A stretch of DNA of 64,000 bases from Vicugna vicugna (Eukaryota), in assembly GCA_013265495.1 (NCBI GenBank), contig MU057632.1, positions 542,054 to 606,053 on the forward strand, written 5' to 3'. The translations under genes and the position numbers were made by a program. Shown here piece after piece: positions 11,465-25,125 of this stretch. The first letter of the stretch is position 1. Each line of letters opens with the position of its first letter. The notes under the pieces are model-generated. The model was not told where the DNA came from. It searched no databases and saw only the letters and a list, made by a program, of their open reading frames with translations.

Positions 11465-12066
11465 CGACCGTGCATGTACAGACACATATAAATATGCATG
11501 AATTGCAGTCCAATGCTTTAAAGTGTTGCTCGCCAACACATCCATCCAGCAAGAATCACCCATTCATGCAACACAAGGGAGGGCTTCAGCTCTGGTAAGA
11601 GGATCACAGTCATTTCCAAACTTGAATTCCTTTTGCTGTTGACTAATACCCTGGCATGGGGGCATCTCAGCTTTGTTCTTGATAGTCGCCTCCAGGAATA
11701 AAAGTCTTGACATGGTGTCTTGGAAGTGCCCTGTGGCTGGTTCACCAGCCTCCACGTTGCCAGCTGCCTTTCCACTCACCCACTGGAAACTCCGGGTCAC
11801 CTTGGCTGCAACATTCCTTCAGGGCACTGTTTTATTGTTTGTTTGTTTGTTTTTAAATATCTTTCAATTTATTTTATGAAGTCAGTGTAAAATCAACACT
11901 GCAGTTGCACCAGATTATTAAAATAGAATTATAGACCATCTTTCTCATAAATAGAGATATACATATACTAAGAAAAATATTATTATGTGAATACAGCCAT
12001 ATATGAAAATGTATACATCCATACCAAGTGGAATATACTAAAAGAAATGCAACTGTATTAACAGTC

Positions 12067-12680
12067 AAAACCATAATTTGAAAAGACACATGGATCTCTG
12101 TGTTCACAGCAGCACTATTTACAATAGCCAAGAGATGGAAGGAACCTAAATGCCCATTGACAGATGACTGGATAAAGAAGCTATGGTATATTTATACACT
12201 GGAATACTACTCACTCATTAAAAAGAATGGAATAATGCCATTTTCAGCAACATGGATCAAACCTAGAGATTATCACACTAAGTGAAGTAAGTCAGCCAGA
12301 GAAAGACAAATATCATATGATATCACTTATATGTGGAATCTAAAAACAAAAATTTATACAAATTCTATTTACAAGCCAAAAAGAGACTCACAAACATGGA
12401 AAACAAACTGTGGTATCAAAGGGGAAAGGGTAGGGAGGGATAAATTAGGGGTTGGGGATTAATAGACACACATTACTATATATAAAATAGGTAAATAACA
12501 GGGACGTACTGAATAGCACAGGGTACTCTACTCAATTTCTTGTAATAACATATAATGAAAAGAATCTGAGAAGAAAATACATATGTGTGTGTATATGTAT
12601 AACTGAACCACTTTGCTGTACACCTGAAACTAGCACTGTAAATCAACTACACTTCAATAAAAGATCTTTTTTTTGAAAAA
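12067..12680 (+). mobile_element. L1 3' end (ORF2 C-terminus plus 3'UTR), cetartiodactyl type
   Basis: ORF 12100-12285 MFTAALFTIAKRWKEPKCPLTDDWIKKLWYIY matches the L1 ORF2p C-terminus; 3'UTR ends cttcaataaaa. Confidence 0.92.
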
Positions 12681-12690
12681 AAGTAAATCA

Positions 12691-14208
12691 GATCTGTCTC
12701 CTAAGGCAAAGGAAATAAAAGCAAAAGAATAGAATATTACTCAGCCATAAAAAAGAATAAAATAATGTCACTGGCAGCAACATGGATGGACCTGGAGATT
12801 GTTCTTCTAAGTGAAGTAAGCCAGAAAGAGAAAGAAAAATGCCATATGATATCACTTATATGAATCTAAAAAAAAAGGACACAAATGAACTACTTATTAT
12901 TTATAACATAGATGATTGATTTCTTGAATATGTGTAAGCACATTTGACTGCCCTTTGTGATTGGAAAAAAATAAGTGATCCACTAGTTTCAAATCAATTT
13001 TCCTAAAAGAATTTCATTAATAAAAAATGCTTTATAGTTAAAAAAAATATAAATACAAGCAAAAATAAACAAATGGGACCTAATTAAACTTAAAAGCTTT
13101 TGCACAGCAAAGGAAACCACTGACAAAATGAAAACTCAACCTATTGAATGGAAGAAAATGTTTTCAAATGATATGACTGGTAAGAGATTAATACCCAGTG
13201 TATATAAACAGCTCATACAACTCAACATCAAAAAACCTCTCCAAAAAACAAATAAAAATAGGCTGAAGACCTGAATAGACACTTTTCCAAAGACGAAGTG
13301 CAGATGGCCAATAGGCACAAGAAAAGATGCTCAACCTCGCTCGTCATCAGGGAAATGCAAATCAAAACCATAATGAGGTATCACTTCACAACTGTCAGAA
13401 TGGCTATCATCAAAAAGAAAACCAATAACAAATTTTGGGAAGCATGTGGTTGAAAGGGAACTCTCATACACTGTTGGTGGGAATGTAAATTGGTGCAGCC
13501 ACTGTAGAAAATAGCATGGAGGTTTCTCAGAAAACTAAAAATGGGACTACCATATAATCCAGTAATTCCACTCCTGGGTATATATCCAAAAAAACCCAAA
13601 CACACTAATTCAAAAAGGTCCATGCACCCCAATGTTCATAGGAGCATTATTTACAATAGCCAAGATATGGAAGCAAACTAAATGTCTACTGACAGATGAT
13701 TGGATAAAGGAAATGTAGTGCAATGCAATAGAATATTACTCAGCCATAAAAAATAATGAAATTTTGCCATTTGCAGCAACATGGATGGACTTGGAGGGCA
13801 TTATGCTAAGTGAAATAAGTCAGAGAAGACAAATATTATATGATATCACTTATACGTGGAATTAAAAACTACAACAATCCAGTGAATATAACAACAACAA
13901 CAACAAAAACCAGACTCAGATGTAGAAAACAAGCTAGTGGTTACCAGTGGGAAGAGCGAAGGGGGAGGGAACATATGGAGGCAGGGGGTTAGGAGGTACA
14001 AACTGTTATGTATTTTACATAATAAATATATAAAATAAAAATAAAATACTACAAAATAAAACTACAAGGATATATCATACAACAGGGAATATGGCAAGTA
14101 TTTTACAATAACATAAATGGAGTATAACCTTTAAAAACTGTGAATCACTATATTGTACACCTGTAACACATGATATTGTACATCAACTGTATTTCAATAA
14201 AAAATGTT
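12691..14208 (+). mobile_element. 5'-truncated L1 (about 1.2 kb), interrupted at 12727-13050
   Basis: ORF2 3' sequence (aaatgggacctaattaaacttaaaagcttttgcacagc...) through 3'UTR and AATAAA; 15-bp TSD aaaaaaagtaaatca at 12676 and 14209. Confidence 0.92.
12727..13050 (+). mobile_element. Nested retroposed insert: L1 3' fragment plus non-L1 sequence and A-tail
   Basis: Flanked by aaataaaagcaaaa (12713) and aaatacaagcaaaa (13051); AATAAA at 13019 followed by A9. Confidence 0.75.
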
Positions 14209-14223
14209 AAAAAAAGTAAATCA

Positions 14224-14420
14224 TGGAAATCATCCCATCAGCAAAAAAGAAAAAAGAGTAAAAGATCACACGATCATCTAGAATAAATGTTAAAAAAATT
14301 AATAAAATTCAACACCTATGTATTGATGACAACCAAAAGTCTTAGAAAGACAGAAAATGTAAGGAACCTCCTTAATCAGATTAAACTTGTTGAAAATGAA
14401 CCTGTAGCAAACATCATACA
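14224..14420 (+). mobile_element. Ancient L1M ORF2 fragment
   Basis: aaaattcaacacc...aggaacctccttaatcagattaaa...acctgtagcaaacatcatac resembles the L1 ORF2 RT region. Confidence 0.65.
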
Positions 14421-14999
14421 ATACATATGTATAACATATATGATATATATGGCATATATGATTATGTATGTATATGTATGTGTGCGTATGTATGTGTGTA
14501 TGTATGATAACCTCCTACTGCCTGGCTCTACAGCAGAAAACTCAAATGAAGCAATTACTCGCCCGGGCCCCTAGGTCGGCCTCTCAGTGTTCAGTCCTGT
14601 GGTGGTTAGCTGGGTCATGACTGTTGATTCTTGAGCTTAGAGAAGACCCGGATCTCATTGTCTTAGTGAGAATGTATTCACTCACCATCCATTAATTCAT
14701 GCAACAATTGTTAATTGCATGCCTACCATGTGTGAAAACTCTAGAACAAATTATCCCTATGTAATGCTGCCTGCAGTCCACTACTGTAAGCTCTCTTTTC
14801 TTAATCAAAGACATGTTTTCTTTTTTATTTATTTTTTTATTCATGCACATATGTGTATTCAGTTTGGTTACAGACACTTGGGCATACAGATCAGCTAAAA
14901 TATTAACTTTATCTCCACCTTCAATGATCTACTAAGCTCTTTAAGCTTCCTTGTTCTGGAAAGGAATGTCATTCCTTTAAGAAAAATAAAATTGCTAGT

Positions 15000-15170
15000 G
15001 GGGAGGGGTATAGCTCAAGTGATAGAGCGCATGCTTAGCATGCATAAGGCCCTGGATTCAATCCCCAGCACCTCCTCTAAAAAAAAACTAAACCTAATTA
15101 CCTCCTCCCCACAAATTAAAAATTAATTAATTAATTAATTAAAAAGTACAAAAAAAGAAAAAGAAAAGGA
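15000..15170 (+). mobile_element. Vic-1-type SINE (long form with aaacctaattacctcc extension)
   Basis: ggggaggggtatagctcaagtgatagagcgcatgcttagcatgc...; flanks aaaattgct / aaaactgct. Confidence 0.92.
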
Positions 15171-16777
15171 AAACTGCTTCTCAAATCTGAATTATAAAAG
15201 TATCTCTCTATTTCTTTAACACTCCAGATTGGAACATCATTTTAAGTAAAAACAATTAAACTTGTGCTAGCTTGTTTTCTAGTACGAATTATACTGGAAA
15301 AATTAGAGGTTTTACACAGATTAGCTTAAATCATAGTTTCTCTATTTAATACACGAGTAAACTTGAATACATGATTTAGTCTCCATGTCCCTCTTTTATC
15401 TGACTTTCAAAATTGGAGACTAGGGTTACTGGAGATGAATTAAGTTACATAATGTTTGCGACATCTCGGCACCGACGTCTTGGCACTGTGTAGGCCCTCT
15501 GTCAGCATTAAATAACTCATAGACTCTTCCAGTTTTGTTATAGGAAAAGAAGGAAAGTACTTCAGGAAAAAGTATTGTCACCACATGTTGAAATTATCTA
15601 TTTATTAAAAAACTTTTCTTCTTGTAAAGGAACATGGTTAACCAGCAAATCCAACATTGTTCAGTTATATAGATCAATATGTTTTTAGCTGTTGCCAGAG
15701 TAGTTACATGAAGACATTTGTGTACATGGATCTAAACAGACTTAGTCTTTCCCTCCTACTCTATGTACTTTTTTTTTTAAACTTTTTATTCTAAATCCCC
15801 CTGGGCTTCGTCTCCACAGCCAGAATGAGCTGCCGGTCCACAAGGTCGATGTCCAGACTCTTTATCACTTTTCTCAGAGCAGAAATTGTCAGCTCTTACT
15901 GACAGCCAAACACAAATTTCTTACCTCATTTGGGACACTGAGACTCTTGTTTGTCTCTACTATTTTATAGAAACATAAATCCCAGGCAAATGTAATCTCA
16001 CAGATAAGCAAATAAAGCACAAACAAAAAGACTTAGCAGAGAATCTGATGACATTATATATTCTCTGTCTTCCGGAAAAGGTCACAAGACACAGTTTTAT
16101 TTCATCTTCTTTTCAGGAGAAGGGAAAAAACCACTCTGTGGAGCTGTCAAGGGTCCCAGACTCCACGGAGAAGATATTCGTGAGGGGCTTTCGTGGATTC
16201 ACAGACAACTGACACGGAAACAACACAAATTGAAAATAACAGGCTATCAAAAATGTTAGTTAAATAAAATAAGTACAAATGTCTTAATGTTATCCTCAGA
16301 CATAGGCTCAGACATGATATGTCAGACCATTATTGACTTTTTAATAACAGTAGAAAGCAGATATTTTTATATACACACACAGTCATATATACACTAACTG
16401 AAGTAATAAGAAAGCGTGTTATTTGTGCTCTGTTTCTGGAGTTATGAAAGAAGGTACCTTCTGATCCAGCCTCCCTTAGGAGCCAAAAACTAATAAAAAT
16501 GAGAATTCTTACAGGTAAATGGAGCTACCACCCTGAATATATTTGCCAAATTTAAGTGAACTTGAAATTCACTTTTCACAGGGTGTCAGGTTGGGGGCAG
16601 ATACTTGACAGGAGGGAAAACTACTCAAGGTCAGGGTCTCATAGGTGATTCTCCCTGCATAGAACCTTAGGGGATTAAATCCTCAATTACAATGTAAATT
16701 GTGAGAACACTGAGAGAAAAATTACCTGTCTTAAAATTGAAATTAGGTTTACTGGAAAGAAGGCTCTCCCATTAATT

Positions 16778-16874
16778 AATCATTTATTTATTTTTTAACA
16801 GAGGTACTGGGGTTTGAACCCAGGACCTCACGCATGCTAAGCACCCACTTTACCACTGAGCCAAACCCTCCCCC
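16778..16874 (-). mobile_element. Vic-1-type SINE
   Basis: gaggtactggggtttgaacccaggacctcacgcatgctaagc...; TSD tcccattaatt on both sides. Confidence 0.92.
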
Positions 16875-17353
16875 TTTCCCATTAATTCGTAACAAACCAG
16901 CACACAGCATTTGCAGACTGAAGTCATGTCATCTGGGTGGTCCAAAAAGACTATCAGTAGCATTTTGGTGTAAACGTGTCCTCAGGAACCTGGAAGAACC
17001 AAAAGCAAACATTCTATCCACCATCAAGCCAAGCCTCAAGGGATACTTGCAAACGACAAGTCAGAAAATGAGAGCTCGTCATCGAAATTGCAAACACACA
17101 AGGAACAGGGCAACGTGAGTAAGTACTGTCAGAGTAAACCAAATAGCTGAGTCAAGCGGGCAAAACTTTCACATATTGCATTTATCAGACAATAAAAACA
17201 GCTATGTTTAGCATTCCTAAAATATTTGCTTTTAAAGAGAGGGGATTAAATTATAGCTAAAGTGCTATAAAATTAAATAAGCAGACTTGAAAAAAGAATA
17301 CACAGAACTTTCAGAAATAACAAGATGTTGATATCAAGACAGTAGTTAGGTTT

Positions 17354-17428
17354 AGGTCCTGGGTTCAATCCCTGGTACCGCCATTGAATCAATCAATCAA
17401 TCAATAAAATTTTAAAACATTAAAAAAA
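17354..17428 (+). mobile_element. 5'-truncated Vic-1-type SINE
   Basis: aggtcctgggttcaatccctggtaccgccatt plus (AATC)n; TSD acagt(a/g)gttag. Confidence 0.8.
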
Positions 17429-17539
17429 ACAGTGGTTAGTTTTAATGGATAATTAGATACTTCCTGAGATTATCTAGATGATGGTGGCCTTGATGATAAT
17501 CTGAACTAGATGATGAAATGACTGTTTTATGGAGAACAC

Positions 17540-19990
17540 ACTCTCTGACCACAGCAAAATTAAGTTGGAAATAGTTAACAAACAAACAAACAAAAGAGAC
17601 AAAACTTCATACTTTCAGAAATGAAACACTTCTAAAAAATCATAGCTCAAATAAGAAATCATGATGAAAATTAGAAAGTTCTGAGAACTGAATGGTAATG
17701 AAAATGCTGCCTATTCAACTTGTGTGATGAAGCTGATGTGGTTCTTAGAAGGAAATACAGAGCTTTAAGTTGTTGTTAGAAAATAGAAAAACCTCAAAGC
17801 AAATGAGCTTAAAAATTTAGACAAATAAAACCTGAATCTACCCTCTAACAACAGGCAAGAAATAATAGAGGACCCATGGGAAGAAAACAGATATACAATA
17901 CAGAGAACCAACAAAGCCAAAAATTGATTATTTGAAATAAACAGCAAAATTGACGAACTCTGGTAAGACCAAGCAAGAAGAAAACAATGAAAAAATAATA
18001 CTAGCAATGAAAGTGGGAGATGGGCATAATCAGACACTCTGTATAGTTTAAATGGTAAGAAATTAATATTCAAATATTATTCTAATAAATGTAAAATGTT
18101 AGATAAAATGAACAAATTCTGGGGTTTTTTGTTTGCTTTTGGGGGGAAGGTAATTAGATTTCTTTACATATTTTTGAATTAATTTTTTATTTTATTTTAT
18201 TTTTTAGTGGAAGTACTAGGACTTGAACCCAAGACCTTATACATGCTAAACATGCACTCTACCGCTGAGCTATACCCTCCCCCTATATTTTTAAAAGTAT
18301 AAATTAAACTTACAGAGAAATAGGAGGAAGACAACTAAAGAGAATTTTCACTATTAAGAAATTGTGAACTAACTGATTCACAATAGTAGTTAAAAGTCTT
18401 CCCTTCCATGTACCTTCCCAAAGAGGTTCAAATATCTTCTAATTTCTACCAAACATGATGCTACATGAATTAATTCTAGTCCTGCACAAACTATTCTCAA
18501 ATACAGAAGTAGAGGAAGTATTCCCAGTTTATTTTATGTGTCTCTCCTTAGCTTGATTTCAAAACCTGAAAGGACAGTATAAGAAAATTATGAGTCCAAC
18601 TAATTTGTGAACATAGATGTTAAAAACTTAATGTCTGACAAACATATGTTGATTCAGGCCTTTACTGAGATAAATTGTAAAGAATAATTATAAAACTTCA
18701 ATAATTAAGCCAATGAACAAAATAGAATAAGGCCCAGAAACAGACCTGAAACATACATAAACTTGATGGGTGATAAGTTGGCATTGCATATTAATGAAGA
18801 AAAAGGGACTTTTAAAGAAAAGGCATTGGGGTAATTATGGGGAAAACGAAGTCTGGCCTAAGCACAAACATATAAATAATTTCCACTTAATATACTGATG
18901 GAGAAGATCTTTATGCCCATATCATAGAGAAGGCTTTCTGAAACAAGCCGCCCCACCGCAAGGCATTAATGGGTCCTCTAAAATAAAGAACTGCTCAAAA
19001 TATCTGTAAGTTAAAAAGACAGACCAAATTTGGAAGATACATGAAATGTCCGTAACGGACAAAGAATTGGAGTTTAGGATGTATAAAGAAATCACAAAAA
19101 ATCAACAGAAAAAAGGCAAGCAATTCAATTAAATGGGCCAAAAAGAAAAAGGGAAAAAAAGCAAAGTCATTTCACTTAAGAAAACAGGAAGCCAGAAAAT
19201 ATAAGATGTCCAAGCTCACTAAGAATCAGAGGAATGGAAACTAAGACCACAAAGAGAAGTTAATTCATACCGGCTCGACTGGCAAAAGATTTTAAATGTG
19301 AGAACATGATGGAGCCCCCAGACTTCTATGTGCTCTTGGTGGGAGTATAAATTAGAACCACATCAAAAGTAAATCTCCAACTGGGTTGAAGATATACCAG
19401 TCATATGACCTACAAATTCCACACTTGCCTATATTCGTGAAAACCTCATGCACATGGATACCAGGAAATAAGAAAATATTATTAGAAGCACTGTTTGTTA
19501 ACAGCAAAACACTGGAAATGACCCAATAGTAGACTGAATCAATAAATTGTGGAATTGTCATACAAGGGAATAGTAAACAATAGGAAAACAAGTGAATTAC
19601 AACCACACCCAACACTGATCAATCTCAGGAGTAAAAAAAGCCAAATTCAAGAAGACACTTGATAATTCCATTTATATAAAGTACTAAAGTAAACAATATA
19701 CTGTGTGTGTGTATATATATATATAAATACATACATACTAGGTAAGAATTTTAAAAAGCAAAGAAATAATACAGAAAACAGGATTATGGTTACTTGGGAT
19801 AGAGAAGGGGCTACCAGAAATGGAGTAAGATTGGGGACCAGCATTTAGGAGACTTAGATACTGATGCTGGGTTTCTTTAGTTAGGTTGTAGGTAAGCATG
19901 TGTTTGTCTAAGTGTCACAATGCTATTTTTGCTACTTTACACATACTTTATTCTTTTTTGGTATCTACACAATATTTGATGAAAATAATT
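17540..19990 (+). mobile_element. Ancient, degraded L1M (ORF2 remnants plus 3' end)
   Basis: A-rich sense strand with L1 ORF2 motifs (aaacacttctaaa...gaactgaatggtaatgaaaa; cccagaaacagacc; ggtgggagtataaattag; ataattccatttatataaag). Confidence 0.75.
18118..18283 (-). mobile_element. Vic-1-type SINE (long form) inserted in L1M
   Basis: ggtaattag...ttgaacccaagacc...ctctaccgctgagctataccctcccc. Confidence 0.9.
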
Positions 19991-20417
19991 GAAAAAAACT
20001 ACTTTCAATAAATGCTGTGGGGCATAATGTGAGAACCTGAGGAGCGTCTTCTAATGGTTCATTTCCTATGACACGTTCCATGTTACCTGAGAACATCCCA
20101 GGGCTATCAGGGTAGATCTGATTCTAAAGAAGTCAACCCTGGTGCAACTTCTTAAATATGTTTTTTCACGGTAGGGCCTTTCTGACATTACTGAACCATA
20201 TTGGTAGGCAGAACAGTGGAGCAACAGGATAACGAAATTGATATATTCTTCACCTGCTTACATCGCTGTGAGTCGAGGGTTAAAATAATTTGAGGATAAA
20301 GCACAACTTGATGTCTGAATGAATTTGTTGTCTGGGGACATATTACTGAAGTTTAAGCGGGATGCACTTATAGACAGTGTTAAATGGGGTTTACTTATAG
20401 GCATCATCTTTTGTCTT

Positions 20418-20553
20418 AATTTAAATTAAAAAAATTTTTGTGAGGTGGTAATTAGGTTTATTTATTTATTAATTTAATGGAGCCATTGAGGGTTGAACCC
20501 AGGACCTCGTGCATGCTAAGCATGTGCTCCACCACTGAACTATACCTTCTCCC
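20418..20553 (-). mobile_element. Vic-1-type SINE (long form)
   Basis: ggtaattaggtttattt...gttgaacccaggacctcgtgcatgctaagcatgtgctccaccactgaactatacc. Confidence 0.9.
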
Positions 20554-20832
20554 TTATAATTCTTTTCAATGTGAAAAATATTTTACTGTGTTCAGTCAAC
20601 ATTATGAACTAGCAACCACTGTTGCTTTATTTTACAGATTGTTAAATGGGAACATCTTTAAGTATATACTCTTGGGTTTTTTTTCCTTTAGTTTTACATG
20701 AGTCCTAATGTCTTTCCTTATTAGTGCTATCTTGTTTCCCTCTTCAGGGAATTTATAATCTCCAGCTCTCTGCTTAAGGTACAATGGCTGACCAAGGAGA
20801 CACATTTAAGAGGCACTTAACTATTGCTTTTT

Positions 20833-21552
20833 TAAAAAAATTGAAGTATAGTCAGTTTACAATGTTGTATCAATTTCTGATATACAGCATAAGGTTTAAG
20901 TCATATGTATACATACATATATCCCTTTTCAGATTCTTTTTCATTATAGGTTACTACAAGATATTGAATATAGTTCCCCGTGCTATACAGTAGAAACTTG
21001 TTTATCTATTTTATATATGGTAGTTAGCATCTGCAAATCTCGACCTCCTAATTTATCTCTTCCCACCACCTTTTCCCCCTGGTAACCATAAGTTTGTTTT
21101 CTATGTCTGTAAGTCTGTTTCTGTTTTGTAAATAAGTTCATTTGTGTCTTTTTTTTTTTTTAGATTCTACATATGAGTGACAGCATATGGTATTTTTCTT
21201 TCTCTTTTTGGCTTATTTCACTTAGAATGACAATCTCCAGGTTCACCCATGTTGCTGCAAATGGCATTATTTCATTCCTTTTTTATGGCTGAGTAGTATT
21301 CCATCATACATATATACCACTACTTCTTTATCCATTCATCTATTGATGGACATTTAGGTTGTTTCCATGTTGTGGCTATTTTAAATAGTACTGCTATGAT
21401 GCATGTATCTTTTCTTTTTTCTCTTTTTTATTGCAGTATAATCAGTTTACAATTTTGTGTCCATTTCTGGTGTACAGCATCATGTTTCAGTCGTACATAT
21501 ACACACATGTATTGATTTTCATATTCTTTTTCATCATAGGTTACTATGATGA
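20833..21552 (-). mobile_element. Two tandem L1 3' ends (20833-21410 and 21411-21550)
   Basis: Each begins with a T-tail plus attg(a/c)agtata..cagtttacaat; both lie inside one TSD pair aactattgcttttt (20819, 21553), suggesting one inserted into the other's A-tail. Confidence 0.88.
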
Positions 21553-22149
21553 AACTATTGCTTTTTGAAGTTGCTGCCACCTTGTAGAAATGTGCCTTCA
21601 GTTTACTGTAGATCAAGGCATGAGCTTTCTTGAGCAGGAGTCCCCTCTTGCTGTCTTATACTCATAGACTCCATTGAGTGACTTTCCCAGAGTTCCCCAG
21701 GCTCCTGAGGACAAACTGAGTGTAGCAGTGTTCATTATCACCTTTCCTTCTAGCTAACTGGAAGGCACAGTTTTTAAAATTCATGAAGAAAATAACTGAT
21801 ACACTATTTTAAATTCAACTGCCTGAAAAACTTTCAGTAGTAAACGAACTTATGTGATTAATATGGAAAATAAGTCTGCTCTCCTTCACCCCCACCCTCC
21901 AGTCTGTGTTTTAGTTGTATTTATGCCAAGAAGTTTTGGCAATCTGTACATCTTTTTTTTTAAACCTCAAAAGTAAATAACAAAACACAGACTCCGAGGT
22001 TGTATGGCTGATTTAAAGAGTATTATAGCATGGATAGCTGTGATAAAATTCTCCCAAAGTTTCTACTCCCACAAGTGCATCTTTGGAATCCTCCCATAAT
22101 GTGTGTATTTGTGCAATTTCTAAATTGGTATTACATGAACGTGATTCAA

Positions 22150-24870
22150 ACTTGCAAAAATATGAAAGAAAAATGATCTTCATTGGTCCTTCAGCATCCT
22201 GAAGTGATAACTAAAAAAGGCTGGATAAAATGTTTAAAGATTTTCTTAAAAGCATAAAAGAGCTAACAAGATCTTGAAGAATTACCTGGCCACAATCTAG
22301 GATAAACTGAAAATTCAGAGGGTTAAGTTCAAAACTAAAAGCTGCTTTTGCCCAGAGGGTATTTGTCTCTGGAAAGAAACAGCTGTGGAACTGAACTGAG
22401 GTTTTGGCAGCCTCCTGGGGCAGAAGAACAGACTTCAAAAATCAATTTCTACCCAACTGCAGAGTCTGGAAAGAGCTGTGCCCTCTTACAAAGGTTGAAT
22501 TAGAAGGAAAGGAGCCCTTACCTGAAGCTGCAGCCTCAGCAGAGGACACTTTTGTAATGCCCCCCAGCCCCTGGTGAAAGGAAAGGAAAATTCTCTTCTG
22601 AGGCCTTGAATTATTCCTGTAATTTTTTTTTCAAATACAACGATCAGACAGACACACACAAAAAAATACCATGAATTAGAACCAGCAGAATAAAGCAGGC
22701 AATAGAAAGAGATCATAGTGAATTCAGATATTTAAATGAACATTCATGAATTATAAGAAAACTCACAAACTAAAAATATTAAAAAAGAACAGGCTTAAGA
22801 AATAGAAATTATTACAAGAAAGATATGGATTAAAAAAAATAAAACCAAATCAAACTTGTCATCCTGAAACTCTAAATCAAATGAAGAACTCAGTGGAAAG
22901 ACTGAACAACTGACTAAAATAGGTGAAAAGAAAATTAGTGAGCTAGAAGATAGGTTAGAAGAAATTTTCCAGAATCAACATGAAGAAAAGAAGAGATGGA
23001 AAAATGTATGACACGCTAAGAAGCATAGAATATAGATAGAAAAGACTTAAAATAACTTGGGTAGGAATTGATTACTTTTTAATTTGTGTATTTATTTAAA
23101 TGGAGGTACTGGGGATTGAACCCAGGATCTTGTGCAGACTAAGCACATACTCTGTCACTGCGCTGTACCCTGCCTCCTGCCCCAGGAAATGATTTTTTGT
23201 AGTTTGTCCTTCTAGACCAGGAGGCTGTAGAGGAAAATGGGCAACAAGAAAGGTCCTCTTGGTGTTGGAACTAGTCTTTGTCTTTGCTGGGGTAAGGGAA
23301 ACACAACCTTACAAGTGTGATAAAATTATATAAAATGAAACACACACACACAAATAAGCACAAGTAAAACTGGAGAGATATGAATGAGATCAGAGGATTG
23401 CATAAATGTTAATTTTCTGAGTGTTAGAGTATGGCTTTACAAAACTTAACATTAGGGAGAATTAGGGAAAGTGTCTAAGGAGATCTGTCTGTATTATTTC
23501 TTACAACTGCACATGAATCTACAGTTATGTCAATAAAAGTTGATAAAAAAAAGAACCACACCTCTTGACACATGGTAATGAGAATGCAGAACACCCACAG
23601 CAACGAGAAAACCTTAAAAACAACAGGAGAAGGAAAAGGTATATTTCCTCCAGGAAGGAGCACAGCAACTTGACTGCTAGCTGACTCCTCAACAGCGGCC
23701 AAGGATGCTAAGAGTGAGGAGACTAATGCCTTCAGTGTTGTAATGCAGATAGCTGGTGAAGTGAAGGTAACATAAAATAAGGAGGCATCTTCAGATGAAC
23801 AAAATTTGGGTGTGTTAAACACCCACAAAACTAAATGAAGAATAAACATATTTCATAAGAAAAAGTAACACCAAATGAAAGATTTGAGATGCATAAGGGG
23901 GTAAAAAGCAAAAACAGTGGTAATATGTTAGTTTGTGAAACATGACAAGTTATCAGATGTCTCAATCAGATATCAAGACTTAGTAATATTAAGACAACAT
24001 GGAATAATTAAGATAGCCACCTCCTCCCCAAAAAATAACCCAATGGGACAGGAGAGAGAGCCTAGGAACAGAGTGATGTACGGACATGGGATTAAGCAGT
24101 GGGAAAGGATGTCTTTTAACTATGTAATGTAGTAGTAATTATATGGGAAAATATAAAAGTAAATCCACATCTCATACCATTCACAGATAGATGATAAAGT
24201 TGTCTGCATAATATATTCATGACATCTGGCAAGGGAAATATTTCTCAAATGAGACACAAAGAAGATAAAACAATAGGACTATGTTAGAATTACAAATTTT
24301 GTTCATCAAAAGGTACTATAAAAATGATAAAAGACAAGCCAGAGTGGGAGAAAATATTTGCTAACAGGACTCATATCCATAACATACAATGAGCTCATAC
24401 AAATCAATAAAAGGGAGAAAACGCAATAGAAAAAAAAATGGGCAAAATATATGGATAGGCACTTCCCTAAAAAAGTCATCCAAATGGACAATAAATCTTT
24501 GTAAAAGAGCTTGACTTCATTCATAATTAAGGAAATGCAGGTTAAAAATCATGAGCTACCCCTCCACTGCTCACCACCAGAATGGCTAAATTTGGATTCT
24601 GGAAACACAATATTAGAAAAACAACTCAGTTTTAAAATGGGAAGAATCTCTTAAGAGACACATCACCAAAAATATTCCGATGACAAATAAGCACAGGAAA
24701 AATTGCTCAACCTCACTTGTCATTAGGAAAAAAAAATTTGAGATCACAACAAAACACAGATGGCTAAAACTGAAGAGACTGACCATACCAAGATGCCAAG
24801 CGTTGGTGAGGATGTGGAGGAACTAGAATGCTCATACACTACTGGTAAAAAAAAAAAAAAAGAAAAAAAA
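22150..24870 (+). mobile_element. Mosaic of ancient L1M fragments (ORF1-like, L1MC-type 3' end at about 23240-23550, ORF2 3' remnants)
   Basis: aaaattagtgagctagaagatagg (ORF1-like); ggagatctgtctgtattatttcttacaactgcacatgaatctacagttat (L1MC-like 3' end); ttggtgaggatgtggaggaactagaa (ORF2 end). Boundaries approximate. Confidence 0.7.
23075..23177 (-). mobile_element. Vic-1-type SINE
   Basis: tggaggtactggggattgaacccaggatc...; flanks aggaa(t/a)tgatt. Confidence 0.88.
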
Positions 24871-25125
24871 ATGCAGCCTTACATGCATTTTGAGTCTGGA
24901 ATTTATCTGTCCCTTTGTTTCACCAAAAATGTAGTTTCCGGTTTTTATTGCTTTTCTATGTTTTCCAATAGAAGAAGGAAATGCCGACTTTCATAGCATG
25001 TTCATCGGGAAACATTCCTTATCTTTTTAGGTACATCAATTAGTAATTTTGAAAGGCCAACTTTAATTCTAAACTTAAGTGGTTATATTGGACTATACAG
25101 TGTTATGTAACAAATCAGAAAGAAT

